Shown: positions 28,322 through 37,739 of the stretch, piece after piece
How the letters are laid out: the number at the start of each line of letters is the position of its first letter
Numbering within the stretch: position 1 is the first letter of the stretch
Program-made: the position numbers and the translations under genes
Assembly: GCA_039588275.1 (NCBI GenBank)
Contig: JBDHAC010000002.1
Span: 1-64,000 of the forward strand
Direction of reading: 5' to 3'
Source of the DNA: Gemmatimonadota bacterium
Lineage (GTDB): Bacteria; Gemmatimonadota; Gemmatimonadetes; Palauibacterales; Palauibacteraceae
Length of the DNA stretch: 64,000 nt
The notes under the pieces: model-generated
Told to the model about the DNA's origin: nothing
What the model saw: only the letters and a program-made list of their open reading frames with translations
Databases searched by the model: none

Positions 28322-30003
28322 AGCTCGACGCTCCCAACTCCTTCGCGCACAGGTCCATCCGGTGCTTCGTCGCGCGGTGACGGGCCTGGGCTCGGGCGGT
28401 CAACTCCGCCGACACCCAGCTGCAGAGGCAAGAGCTTGCCCCTCGGGGTCCACACGGGTTCCATGCGCCGCACGCGCAGTGTCCCGGCCTGGCTCCAGAT
28501 CGCCTTCGAGATGCCCGCGTCCGCCTCTCCGCGCCCGAGCGCCTCCAGCACCAGTTCGATGACCGCGGCTTCGTCCGCGATCTCGACCCGAGGGCTCACC
28601 ACGACGCTCAAGCGCGTGAACCCACGCTCGTCCTCCTCCTCGAGGAGCTGGTAGTCGAGCGCGCTGCCCCCGAAGCGCGCCGGCAGCACTTCCTCCAGGA
28701 TGCGCACCATGTCGTTCCCGACCAGCGTAACGCCCTCCCCGGTCAGCTTGCTGAAGCTCCTGATCTTCCGGATGTGGCGGTGCAGGCCCAGCTCCTCGAA
28801 CGGGCATCCGCAGGAGCGCTCCTCCACGACGCCGTAGTCGTCGATCTCCACGTTGAGGAGGAGCTTCGGGGCGGTCGGAAGCAGGGTCGTGAAGTGGAAG
28901 GACTCCACCTTCATGTCGAATCCCGGCACCGGTCGCGGGTGCTGGATAAGACCCAGGTGATGCTCCATGAAATGGAGATCGTCGTCGCCGGCCGGCTCCA
29001 TACAGGCCAGCGCGATCGCCCCCGCTTCCGCGAAGTGGTAGCCCGAGATGAAGCGCGCACCGGTGCGGGTGATCTCGCGCACCTTGGCTTCCGTCGGGGG
29101 CTCGCCGCCCCCCATGATGAGGGCCCCGGTCAGGTCGATGCCCAGCTCCTGCGCGGCGAGGCATACCCGGAGGGCGCGGCTCACCATGGTTCGAAGGCCG
29201 CACTGACCGTCGCGCGCGAGCGTCTCGCCCATCCAGCGCGCGATCACATCGGCTCGGTCCAGCGGGACCGGCTCCGGCATCGGGATCCGCGCGCCGGCGG
29301 CGCGAGCGACCATCAGAATCCCACGCTGCGCCATACGGAACCTGCGGGGCACGCTCCGCGTCGGGCCGGCTACGGGCGTGAACCAGCGCTCGGGCACGAT
29401 CTGTCCGGGCACACGATTCAGGACGCTGCCCAGACCGGTTCCGGGAAGCCCCTCGAACCATATGGCGGTCGGGATCCGGCCAAACCCGTGGATGGTCTCC
29501 ACGACCTTGTGGGCGATCGAGGCGACGGCGAGGTGGTCGATGTCCATCGCGACCTGCCGCGCCTTCCCTGTCGAGCCCCCGGTCGACATGTGGTAGTAGC
29601 GGGAGATGAACGGGTTGTCGAAGTCTCGGCTAGCGGCCGCGATCTGTTTCCCGCCGCGGAGGATGGGTACACGGCCCTTGAACTCTTCGAAGGTGACGTA
29701 GACGCCTGCATCGCGGAGCGTCTGGAGCGCCCCTTCCAAGCCTTTCAGCCGCACCTCGTCGCGCAGGTCGCCGAACTCGCAGCCGGCGAGTTCCAGCATC
29801 TGGCGATACGGGCTGCGGTCGTATCCGAAGATCCCGCGCTCGGCGACGCGAAGGAAGTTCTCCTCCCGCTCCTCCACCCACTGGCGGAACGTGGATCTCG
29901 CCTCTTCCAGCGAGATCCGGCTCCGCAGGAAGCGTGGGAGACCGGCCAGGAATCGGAGGTAGTTGTTCAGGTCGCCCAGCAGCCTCACGCGCGATTCTCC
30001 CAC
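28318..30003 (-). CDS. ANL-superfamily adenylate-forming enzyme (PaaK/CapK-like)
   Basis: SPY..M, P-loop STGGSTGK, GGE, Y.FAE, D..G, C.CPF, C-terminal TPRGK. Confidence 0.78.
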   Translation of the reverse strand: MGESRVRLLGDLNNYLRFLAGLPRFLRSRISLEEARSTFRQWVEEREENFLRVAERGIFGYDRSPYRQMLELAGCEFGDLRDEVRLKGLEGALQTLRDAGVYVTFEEFKGRVPILRGGKQIAAASRDFDNPFISRYYHMSTGGSTGKARQVAMDIDHLAVASIAHKVVETIHGFGRIPTAIWFEGLPGTGLGSVLNRVPGQIVPERWFTPVAGPTRSVPRRFRMAQRGILMVARAAGARIPMPEPVPLDRADVIARWMGETLARDGQCGLRTMVSRALRVCLAAQELGIDLTGALIMGGGEPPTEAKVREITRTGARFISGYHFAEAGAIALACMEPAGDDDLHFMEHHLGLIQHPRPVPGFDMKVESFHFTTLLPTAPKLLLNVEIDDYGVVEERSCGCPFEELGLHRHIRKIRSFSKLTGEGVTLVGNDMVRILEEVLPARFGGSALDYQLLEEEDERGFTRLSVVVSPRVEIADEAAVIELVLEALGRGEADAGISKAIWSQAGTLRVRRMEPVWTPRGKLLPLQLGVGGVDRPSPGPSPRDEAPDGPVREGVGSVEL

Positions 30004-30263
30004 CGACTGGAGCGGCGCCGTGCCGGGGCGTCGAGGGGCGCAGCGGTCCCTCGTCCACCACCCCGCACCGGTCAGCTGCCGCTTTTCAGTTAGTCCAGGC
30101 TAGCTTCAGGTGGCAGGATGCAGGCCGCCCGCCATCGGTCGACCGAGAGGGTGGGGATTCGCCGTCTTGCAGGGGTAATCGTGGTGTGGAAGAGTATTTG
30201 TGACCGACTCCGTCGGGTGGCCTGCGGTCCCGAAGCGGCACGCCCGTTGCTTGTCGGTGCGTG

Positions 30264-30285
30264 GGTGTTGTCGCGATGCAACACC
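30264..30285. promoter_or_regulatory. Inverted repeat, candidate operator upstream of the ligase/ABC/TBDR operon
   Basis: GGTGTTG-N8-CAACACC. Confidence 0.35.
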
Positions 30286-30366
30286 TGCCGCGGTTCTAAC
30301 GCGGCCCGTACCCCGGGTCATCGCGCACGCCCCTGTGATGGGACTTTGGTCGGACCGTGGTCGGAC

Positions 30367-32841
30367 CTAGGGAAGCGAGTGCCTCAGCCGCTCCAGGAGA
30401 AGGCGCTTGAGCACTTCCGGGTCGGCGCGGCCGCTCGTCTCGCGCATCCCCTGCCCGACGAAAAAGCCGATCAGACCCTCCTGTCCCGCGCGGTAGCGCG
30501 CGGCCTCCTCACGGTGCGCTTCCAGGAGCCCCTCGACCACCGAGGTGAGCGCGGATGCGTCCGAGATTCTCCCCAAACCCTCTTCCTCCACGATCTCGCG
30601 GGGATTACCGCCCTCTTCGAGCATCCGTTCCAGCACACGCTTCGCCACCGGCTGCGAGATCTCCCCGCCCTCGACGAGTGCCACGAGCGCACCCAACTCC
30701 TCACCGCCGAATGGGAGCTCCTGCGGGGCACGTCCTCCCAGCACGCCGCGTAGCTCGTGGATGATCCAGTTGGCAACCGCACTCGCCGAGACCTCCTCGG
30801 TGAGCGCGCGCTCGAAGAGAGCCGCGGACGCGGGATCCCGCGTCAGAAGATTGGCCGCATCCTCGGCCAGTCCGTGCTCGGCTTGGAAGCGCTGGAACTT
30901 CTCTCGCAGCTCGGGTGAGCGCTCGCGCGCATCGGCGCCGGACCGCGAAAATCGCTTCGAACGCACGCTGCGGGATGGCGCCGTGGGTGCGGGGCCAGCG
31001 GTCGATTCGGTCGGCTCCGCGGAGTCGTACGATTCCGCCGCCCGCCTCCCGGCACGACCCCGGCCTTCGCCGGCGCGCTCGGCCTGACGGCGGCCCCACG
31101 TATCGCGCAGCGTGACCGTGCGGTTGAAGACACGCCGCGCCTCCTCACCGCGTCCCGGGTCGAGCACGAAGTACCCCACGCGCTCGAACTGGTAGTTTGT
31201 CCCCGGAGGCGCATCCGCCGCGCTCGGTTCGGCACGGCTTCCGGTCAGGACCTCGAGCGAGCTCGGATTGAGGTTGTCGTGGAAGTCTTCGACCCCACCT
31301 TCGGGATCCGGGTCCGAGAAGAGGCGATCGTAGAGTCGCGCCTCGATCGGGATCGACTCCTCCGCCGACACCCAATGGATCGTGCCGCTCACTTTCCGGC
31401 CGTCGGGGGCGTTTCCTCCCCTGGTCGCCGGATCGTACGTGCAGTGCAGCTCGACCACCTCCCCGGTCGCGGGGTCCTTCACGACTTCGTTGCAGGTGAT
31501 GAAATAGGCGTACCGAAGGCGGACTTCCCGATCGGGCGCCAGCCGGCGGAATCCTTTCGGGGGATCCTCGCTGAAGTCCTCCCGCTCGATGTAAAGCGTC
31601 CGAGAGAAGGGAACGCCCCGCGTCTCCGGCCACCCGGCGGGTGGATGCTCGACATCGCGGGGGAAGTAGGGCGCGTCCAGGTGTTCCGACTCGCCCTCGG
31701 GGTAGTTCTCGATCACGACGCGTAGCGGACGCATGACACACATCACCCGCGGCGCGACCTGGTTCAGATCGGCGCGGACGGCGGATTCGAGCGTCTCGAT
31801 GTCGACCCGCTTGTCGGCCTTGGCGATGCCCACCTGGGCGGCGAACGCGCGGATCGCCGCAGGCGTGACGCCTCGCCGGCGCATCCCGGCCAACGTCGGC
31901 ATGCGCGGGTCGTTCCACCCGTCCACCCGGCCCTCGTTCACGAGCGTGAGCAGCTTCCGCTTGCTCATCACCGTGTAGGCGAGGTTCACCCGCGCGAACT
32001 CGTACTGGCGCGGACGCGGATCCCACGATCCCGGCTCCCCCCCTCCTCCCCCACGGGCCTCGGGAATGTCTTCGATCCGCGCCGCGGCCGGTCGCGTGTA
32101 CTCGACTCCCCAATCGTACAGCTCACGGTTGTTCTCGAACTCCAGCGTGCAGAACGAATGCGTGATCCCCTCGATCGCGTCCGACAACCCGTGTGCCCAG
32201 TCGTACATCGGGTAGATCGGCCACTCGTCTCCGGTCCGGTAGTGGTGCGCGTGACGGATCCGATACAGGAGTGGGTCGCGCATCTTCATGTTCGGTGAGG
32301 CCATGTCGATCTTGGCACGCAGCACGTGCGCGCCGTCCTCGAACTCTCCGGCGCGCATGCGGCGGAAGAGGTCCAGGTTCTCATCGACCGATCGGTCGCG
32401 GTATGAGCTGGGGGAGCCCGGCGCGGTCACGGTACCGCGGTGCCGGCGGATCTCCTCTTCCGTTTGGCTGTCGACGTACGCGTGGCCATCCTCCGTGAGG
32501 GCGATGGCGAGCTGGTAAAGCGCCTCGAAGTAGTCGGACGCATAGCGGATCTCGCCCTCCCACTCGAACCCCAGCCAGCGGATGTCCTCGGCGATCGCCT
32601 CGACGTAGAGGGGGTCCTCCGTGGTCGGATTCGTGTCGTCCATGCGGAGCGTGGTGGTCCCGCCGAACTCCTCCGCGACGCCGAAATCGAGGCAGATGGC
32701 GGCAGCGTGCCCGATATGCAGGAAGCCGTTCGGTTCCGGCGGGAAGCGCGTGAGCACGCGTCCCGCGTGGAGCCCGGAGGCGACGTCGCGCGTGACGATC
32801 TGGCGTATGAAGTCCTGTTTTCGCGTCGAGCTGGAGCTCAT
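30367..32841 (-). CDS. glnS: Glutamine--tRNA ligase with C-terminal YqeY/GatB domain
   Basis: [42 protein letters not shown]-terminal 'GFFVGQ.M....GRADP'. Confidence 0.97.
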   Translation of the reverse strand: MSSSSTRKQDFIRQIVTRDVASGLHAGRVLTRFPPEPNGFLHIGHAAAICLDFGVAEEFGGTTTLRMDDTNPTTEDPLYVEAIAEDIRWLGFEWEGEIRYASDYFEALYQLAIALTEDGHAYVDSQTEEEIRRHRGTVTAPGSPSSYRDRSVDENLDLFRRMRAGEFEDGAHVLRAKIDMASPNMKMRDPLLYRIRHAHHYRTGDEWPIYPMYDWAHGLSDAIEGITHSFCTLEFENNRELYDWGVEYTRPAAARIEDIPEARGGGGGEPGSWDPRPRQYEFARVNLAYTVMSKRKLLTLVNEGRVDGWNDPRMPTLAGMRRRGVTPAAIRAFAAQVGIAKADKRVDIETLESAVRADLNQVAPRVMCVMRPLRVVIENYPEGESEHLDAPYFPRDVEHPPAGWPETRGVPFSRTLYIEREDFSEDPPKGFRRLAPDREVRLRYAYFITCNEVVKDPATGEVVELHCTYDPATRGGNAPDGRKVSGTIHWVSAEESIPIEARLYDRLFSDPDPEGGVEDFHDNLNPSSLEVLTGSRAEPSAADAPPGTNYQFERVGYFVLDPGRGEEARRVFNRTVTLRDTWGRRQAERAGEGRGRAGRRAAESYDSAEPTESTAGPAPTAPSRSVRSKRFSRSGADARERSPELREKFQRFQAEHGLAEDAANLLTRDPASAALFERALTEEVSASAVANWIIHELRGVLGGRAPQELPFGGEELGALVALVEGGEISQPVAKRVLERMLEEGGNPREIVEEEGLGRISDASALTSVVEGLLEAHREEAARYRAGQEGLIGFFVGQGMRETSGRADPEVLKRLLLERLRHSLP

Positions 32842-32977
32842 CGGTTCACGTGTCAGCCGGCCGGGGATCGAAAGCGCCCGCCGTGTACGGACGCGCAGCC
32901 CCGTCGATGTCGAAAACCGACATCGACACCAACGTCGAACATAGCGCGCGAACTCGGATCACGCCGTCCACGGATGC

Positions 32978-33008
32978 AAAACGGTGCGGAGGGTCCCTCC
33001 GCACCGTT
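32978..33008 (-). terminator. Intrinsic terminator of the GlsB/YeaQ gene
   Basis: Long hairpin AACGGTGCGGAGGG/CCCTCCGCACCGTT ending in a T-run on the minus strand. Confidence 0.7.
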
Positions 33009-33084
33009 CATCGAGGTATCGCTCGTGCGGGCGCTCGAGCAAGCCGCGCCCGCCACCTCTAAGCCGGCCGCGCTCCGCGGCCTG

Positions 33085-33336
33085 CTAGGTCGACTTCATC
33101 TTCCGGTAGGCCCACAGCAGGATCAGGGCACCACCGACCGCGATCAGGAAGCTCCCGATGTTGAATCCGGTGACCGTTCCGAGTCCGAGGAGCGAACCGA
33201 TGAAACCGCCGATCAAGGCGCCGGCGATGCCGATGAGCATGGTCACGAACACGCCGCCGGGGTCCTGGCCCGGCATGATCTTCTTGGCAACCGCTCCCGC
33301 GATCAGGCCAAAGAGGGCCCAGGAAAGGATACCCAT
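33085..33336 (-). CDS. GlsB/YeaQ/YmgE transglycosylase-associated membrane protein
   Basis: MGILSW..FGLIAG..AK.IMPG.DPGG...GA.IGG; GGAGG RBS. Confidence 0.93.
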   Translation of the reverse strand: MGILSWALFGLIAGAVAKKIMPGQDPGGVFVTMLIGIAGALIGGFIGSLLGLGTVTGFNIGSFLIAVGGALILLWAYRKMKST

Positions 33337-33409
33337 GGCTTCGCCTCCCTATGCGTTGAACGTTATGAGGGCCGTTCTCACATAGTTACGGAGCCCGGGG
33401 CGTGCAAGA

Positions 33410-33469
33410 TTCGACCGATGGTTCGACCGCAGGTTCGACCGCATATTCGACCGCACAGTTGACCGCACA
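33410..33469. repeat. 5 x 12-bp intergenic tandem repeat (TTCGACCGCANN)
   Basis: ttcgaccgatgg ttcgaccgcagg ttcgaccgcata ttcgaccgcaca gttgaccgcaca. Confidence 0.92.
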
Positions 33470-33481
33470 GTCGCAGCACGA

Positions 33482-34630
33482 ATGACCGTAAGCGTCTTCC
33501 GCCGTTACCTGTTGCCCGGGTTCGTGTTTCAGTCCGTCGTCATCGCGGGTGGGTACGGCACCGGGCGGGAGATCGTCGAGTTCTTCCTCACGCTCGGCCC
33601 GATCCGCGGACTCCTCGCGATGGTTCTCGTCACGATGACGGTTTGGAGCCTGGTTGCCGCAGTCAGTTACGAGCTCGCGCGCAGGTTTCAGACGTACGAG
33701 TACCGGAGCTTCTTCCGCCGGCTCCTGGGGCGGGGCTGGATCAGCTTCGAGCTCAGCTACGCGGCGTTGTTGCTGCTCGTGCTGGCTGTGATCGGCGCCG
33801 CGGCGGGCTCCATCGTCGAGGAGACGTTCGGCCTCCCGTACTCGATCGGGGTGATCGGAGTCCTGCTCGCGGTGGGCGCTCTCGTGTTCTTCGGGAGCGC
33901 GGCGATCGAGCGCGTGATGTCAGGCTGGTCGGTGGTCCTGTACATCGTCTACGCGATCCTGATGGTGTGGAGCTTCCGCCGGTTCGGCCCGCAGATCGGC
34001 GAGGCATTCGCGATCCGTCCTGACGTCTGGGCGACGCGTGAGTGGGTGATCGGCGGCGTTCGGTACGCCGCCTACAACCTGGCCCTGGTCCCCGTGGTCC
34101 TCTTCGCGGTGCGCCACATCCGCACGCGCCGCGAGGCCCTCTCGGCCGGTCTGTTGACCGGCATCATCGGAATCGTGCCCGCCGTCCTGTTCTACACGGC
34201 CATGGCCGGACACTATCCGGAGATCCTCGTCCGGCCGATCCCCGCCAATCACCTCCTGGAGCAATTGGGCTCCCGTCCGTTTCAGCTGGCCTTCCAACTC
34301 GTCCTGTTCGGTACGTTGATCGAGACGGGAACGGGGATGATCCATGCCGTGAACGAGCGGTTGGCGGGGGCGTTCGGCGAGCGCGGCCTCGCCTTGCCAC
34401 GGCTCGTGCGACCGGCGACTGCGCTGATCCTGTTGGGGTGCGCGTTGCTCCTGACCCGCTTCGGGCTCGTGGACCTGATCGCGAAGGGCTACGGCACTCT
34501 GACGTGGTTCTTCCTCGCGATCTACGTGATCCCGGTGCTCACGATCGGGATCTGGAAGCTCGCGCGTGTCCCGGATTGGGCGGCTTCCTTCGATGCGCCC
34601 TACGACGGCGGGGCGGACGAGCCTTCCTAG
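33482..34630 (+). CDS. YkvI-like membrane protein (putative transporter)
   Basis: VIAGGYGTGREIVEFF; about 10 TM helices. Confidence 0.85.
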   Translation: MTVSVFRRYLLPGFVFQSVVIAGGYGTGREIVEFFLTLGPIRGLLAMVLVTMTVWSLVAAVSYELARRFQTYEYRSFFRRLLGRGWISFELSYAALLLLVLAVIGAAAGSIVEETFGLPYSIGVIGVLLAVGALVFFGSAAIERVMSGWSVVLYIVYAILMVWSFRRFGPQIGEAFAIRPDVWATREWVIGGVRYAAYNLALVPVVLFAVRHIRTRREALSAGLLTGIIGIVPAVLFYTAMAGHYPEILVRPIPANHLLEQLGSRPFQLAFQLVLFGTLIETGTGMIHAVNERLAGAFGERGLALPRLVRPATALILLGCALLLTRFGLVDLIAKGYGTLTWFFLAIYVIPVLTIGIWKLARVPDWAASFDAPYDGGADEPS

Positions 34631-34651
34631 CTCGAGTCGGCCGGGCCGACC

Positions 34652-34990
34652 CTATCCCACCTCGCCGATCACCAGGTACGAGATCTCCCGGATGAAGGCC
34701 GGCCCCTCCGAGTCCCACTCGATGACCAGCGAGTCCTGGTCGATTTGGTCGTCGATGTTGAGCGCTCGGTCGGTTTTCACGATCCCGGCGTCCGCGACGA
34801 TCGAGAGCTGTCGGATCGCTACGTGCTTGCAGGGCGCGCCGACGTACGGGCCCGAGGCGCCGCTCGCCTCCATCTCCGCCACGCGAACGGGCTCATCGGC
34901 TTCCGCCTCGTGCGGGTCGAACCGGATCGTGACGCTCCCTCGACGCACGTCGCGTGTGAAGACCACACCGCTCAGGGCTCGGATCGCCAT
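34652..34990 (-). CDS. Hypothetical protein (112 aa, beta-rich)
   Basis: GGAGG RBS; ATG 2 nt after the upstream stop; GC3-biased codons. Confidence 0.7.
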   Translation of the reverse strand: MAIRALSGVVFTRDVRRGSVTIRFDPHEAEADEPVRVAEMEASGASGPYVGAPCKHVAIRQLSIVADAGIVKTDRALNIDDQIDQDSLVIEWDSEGPAFIREISYLVIGEVG

Positions 34991-34992
34991 CG

Positions 34993-35430
34993 CTAACCTC
35001 CGTCGTCGTTCGCGTCGCCGCGCATGAGCGCCGCGATTCGTTCCTGGTTGCGATAGAAGCTGATCACGAGCATGGATCCCGACAAGACGACGTTGAACAG
35101 CTGCGCGGGCCCGAACGGCACTGAGACATCCGCGCCTTCGGCGACGAGCGCCGGTAAGGTGAAGATCGGCAGGAGCACCGAGAGGACCAGCAGCAGCAGG
35201 TTCACGGAGCTCTCCGCAAGCCCGATGAACGGGGTCAGGTGCGGGCGCCAGCGCGCCAGGAGCCCGCACCCCATCGCGAAGGCGTAGTACACGAGACGCC
35301 AGCCCGGATCGGGGAGAGCAGCCGCTCGTATGGGGGCGTGAAGCGCGACGTCCAGCACCCAGAAGATAGGCGTACCCAGGTAGTACGCCTGGATGAGGGC
35401 ATCGCGCGTGCTGCCGGCCCCCCGCTTCAC
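34993..35430 (-). CDS. Hypothetical 4-TM membrane protein
   Basis: GTGA overlap with mscS; hydrophobic helices. Confidence 0.75.
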   Translation of the reverse strand: MKRGAGSTRDALIQAYYLGTPIFWVLDVALHAPIRAAALPDPGWRLVYYAFAMGCGLLARWRPHLTPFIGLAESSVNLLLLVLSVLLPIFTLPALVAEGADVSVPFGPAQLFNVVLSGSMLVISFYRNQERIAALMRGDANDDGG

Positions 35431-36260
35431 GCCACGTCGGAGCTGGAGAACAGGTGCACATCGTGCTGCGGGAACGGAATCGAGCAGCCGGCTGCATCCA
35501 GCGCCTCCTTCACGCGGCGCGTTGCCTCCCAGCGCACGTCCCAGTAGTCGTCCGCGTTACACCAGGGTCGCGCCACGAAGTTCACCGAGGAGTCCGCGAG
35601 CTCGTGCACGGCAACCACCGGTGCGGGCTCGGCGAGCACGCCGGGGGACTCGGTCAGCGTGCGTTCGATCGTGGTACGGGCGAGCGCTAGATCGTCATCG
35701 TAGGCGACCCCGATCACCAGGTCGATCCTTCGGGTGTCGTTTCCATCGTAGTTCTTGATGATCTGGCCGAAGACCTCGGCGTTGGGCACGACGACGCGAA
35801 CGTTGTCGACCGTGCTCAGGATCGTCGAAAAGATGCCGATCTCTTCGACTTTCCCGGCCACGCCGGCCACTTCCACCAGGTTGCCGAGCTTGAAGGGCCG
35901 AAAGATCAACAGCATCACGCCGGCGGCGAAGTTGGACAGCGTGCCCTGCAACGCCAGCCCCACGGCAAGCCCCGCGGCGCCCAGCACCGCCACGAACGAC
36001 GCCGTCGGGATCCCGAACAGACCGAGGACGGCGACCAGCACCAGAATGATCGCCAGCCAGTACGTGATACCAGAGAGGAACGGGAGGAGCGCCGCGTCGG
36101 CCTCCTGCCGGGCGAGGACCCGGCTCACCCCCTTTCGGAGCGCCCTGGCGATCGCGCGTCCGATCACGAGAACTGCCAGCGCGCCGATGACGCGCAAACC
36201 CCACGTTGTGACCAGCCCACCGATTTGCTCGAGTATCGAGCTGATGTCGATCGAATCCAT
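35427..36260 (-). CDS. mscS: Small-conductance mechanosensitive channel
   Basis: GAAGLAVGLALQGTLSNFAAG, RPFK.G, VPNA, IPFPQ.DVH. Confidence 0.95.
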   Translation of the reverse strand: MDSIDISSILEQIGGLVTTWGLRVIGALAVLVIGRAIARALRKGVSRVLARQEADAALLPFLSGITYWLAIILVLVAVLGLFGIPTASFVAVLGAAGLAVGLALQGTLSNFAAGVMLLIFRPFKLGNLVEVAGVAGKVEEIGIFSTILSTVDNVRVVVPNAEVFGQIIKNYDGNDTRRIDLVIGVAYDDDLALARTTIERTLTESPGVLAEPAPVVAVHELADSSVNFVARPWCNADDYWDVRWEATRRVKEALDAAGCSIPFPQHDVHLFSSSDVA

Positions 36261-36429
36261 GTACCCCCCGTTCCGAGCCGGCCTGCGCCGTATGGGACCT
36301 CCTGCTGTCGGGGCCGTGCTATCCGGACCCGGCGGCGTGCGGGGGAAGTCTACTCGGTCGAAGGAGGCGCGGGCAAAAGACCCATGTCGAGGCGTGGTTT
36401 CAGGGGTGGGCGGGAACGGGCGGGGTGCT

Positions 36430-36470
36430 AAAAGACGACGGGCCGACGCTCTCCAGAGGGCCGGCCCGTC
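36430..36470 (-). terminator. Intrinsic terminator after the small ORF 36510-36698
   Basis: GACGGGCCG...CGGCCCGTC stem followed by GTCTTTT on the minus strand. Confidence 0.6.
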
Positions 36471-36509
36471 AGGCCAAACAGGGCGGTTCCGACCGCCGGC
36501 GGCGGACCG

Positions 36510-36689
36510 CTAACATTGGTCGGGTACCTGGGGCGTCGCCATCACCTCGGCTGCCGGTACCGTGAGCCCTACCTCGTCGGCTCCGAGCTGTGCCACTACA
36601 TCGGCGTGCGTTCCGAGAATCACGAACGAAGCCAACAACAGCCAAAGCAACGACGCCGCGATCGCCAGTCTACTCTGTTTCTCCGACAT
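36510..36689 (-). CDS. Small single-TM or secreted peptide (about 59 aa)
   Basis: MSEKQSRLAIAASLLWLLLASFVIL..., purine-rich RBS, own terminator. Confidence 0.55.
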   Translation of the reverse strand: MSEKQSRLAIAASLLWLLLASFVILGTHADVVAQLGADEVGLTVPAAEVMATPQVPDQC

Positions 36690-36974
36690 CTCCCACATCC
36701 TCGTCTATCAAGAACGGCGCCGAGTGCCCGGGCCGATCGGTTGTTTCTTCGCCTTTAAGAACGAATCTGGCGTCCTGAAAGTTTCGCTACCTCCGTCTCT
36801 CGATATGTATAGATGCATCGTATGTCCGCAGGGTTGCTCGGCAGCGACGGATCGAGTCGCGCGTCGGTGGCGCTCATCGCTCGGAAGGGTTACCTGTAGC
36901 GGCGATTCGCCCCCGTTCAGACTGGCTCGCGCCGGTCGGCCAGGACGACATCGTCACCTCCGCCCGGAGTCCGT

Positions 36975-37739
36975 ATGGCCCAGGTTTGGCCGGAACTCAC
37001 GCTGCTTTTTGCGGTCGGGACGGTCGCGGGAGCGCTGAACGTGATCGCGGGCGGCGGATCGCTCCTCGCTCTGCCCGTGATGATCTTCCTCGGGCTCACG
37101 CCGACGGTGGCCAACGGCACGAATCGGGTCGCCATCCTGATCCAGAACATCGCCGCTGTTTGGCGTTTCCACCGGCACCGGATCATCGATTGGCGGTGGC
37201 TCGGGTTGGCGGCGGTTCCGGCCATTCTCGGAGCCGCTCTGGGCACTTGGGCCGCCGTGGAGATCGGTGACGCCGCGTTCCGGCGTGTGCTGGCGGGGAT
37301 CATGATCGCGGTGGCGCTGTGGACGTTATGGGATCCGCTACGCCGGAGACCCGTCGGCGACTCGCTCGACGCTGTCGAGTCGCGACGCGGCCGGCTGGGC
37401 CTCGGCGCCGCGTTTTTCGCCGTAGGGGTCTATGGAGGCTTCGTGCAGGCGGGGATCGGCTTTCTGATCCTCGCCGTGGTCACGCTCGCCGGCATGAACC
37501 TTGTGCGCGGCAACGCCCTCAAGGTGTTGCTGGTGCTCGCTTACACACCCATCGCCCTGGCGTTGTTCGCGGCGAGCGGCAAGGTGGATTGGGGGATGGG
37601 CGTCGCCCTCGGCGCCGGGAATTTCCTCGGTGCCTTCATCGGCGTGCGTTTGACCGTGCTGAAGGGTCACGCCTGGATCAAGCGCGTGGTGACGCTGACC
37701 GTGATCGCGTTCGCTATCCGGCTTTGGTTCTGGGACTAA
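36975..37739 (+). CDS. TSUP (TauE/SafE) family transporter
   Basis: AGGGSLL..P, ANGTN, YGGF..AG.G, N.LK. Confidence 0.92.
   Translation: MAQVWPELTLLFAVGTVAGALNVIAGGGSLLALPVMIFLGLTPTVANGTNRVAILIQNIAAVWRFHRHRIIDWRWLGLAAVPAILGAALGTWAAVEIGDAAFRRVLAGIMIAVALWTLWDPLRRRPVGDSLDAVESRRGRLGLGAAFFAVGVYGGFVQAGIGFLILAVVTLAGMNLVRGNALKVLLVLAYTPIALALFAASGKVDWGMGVALGAGNFLGAFIGVRLTVLKGHAWIKRVVTLTVIAFAIRLWFWD

Noticed and set aside
28318..30003. Ligase as the PaaK partner of the paa-like cluster
   Set aside because: It lies about 15 kb away in a different operon and is longer and divergent from true PaaK; nothing in the sequence supports a link.
30090..30321. Small precursor-peptide ORFs upstream of the ligase
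   Set aside because: No RBS, atypical codon usage and no leader/core pattern.
32903..32927. Hairpin upstream of glnS as a T-box or attenuator
   Set aside because: No T-box consensus or specifier loop, and the leader is too short.
33410..33469. CRISPR array
   Set aside because: Units are 12 bp and abutting, with no spacers and no cas genes. The same applies to the 18-bp coding repeat at 19461.
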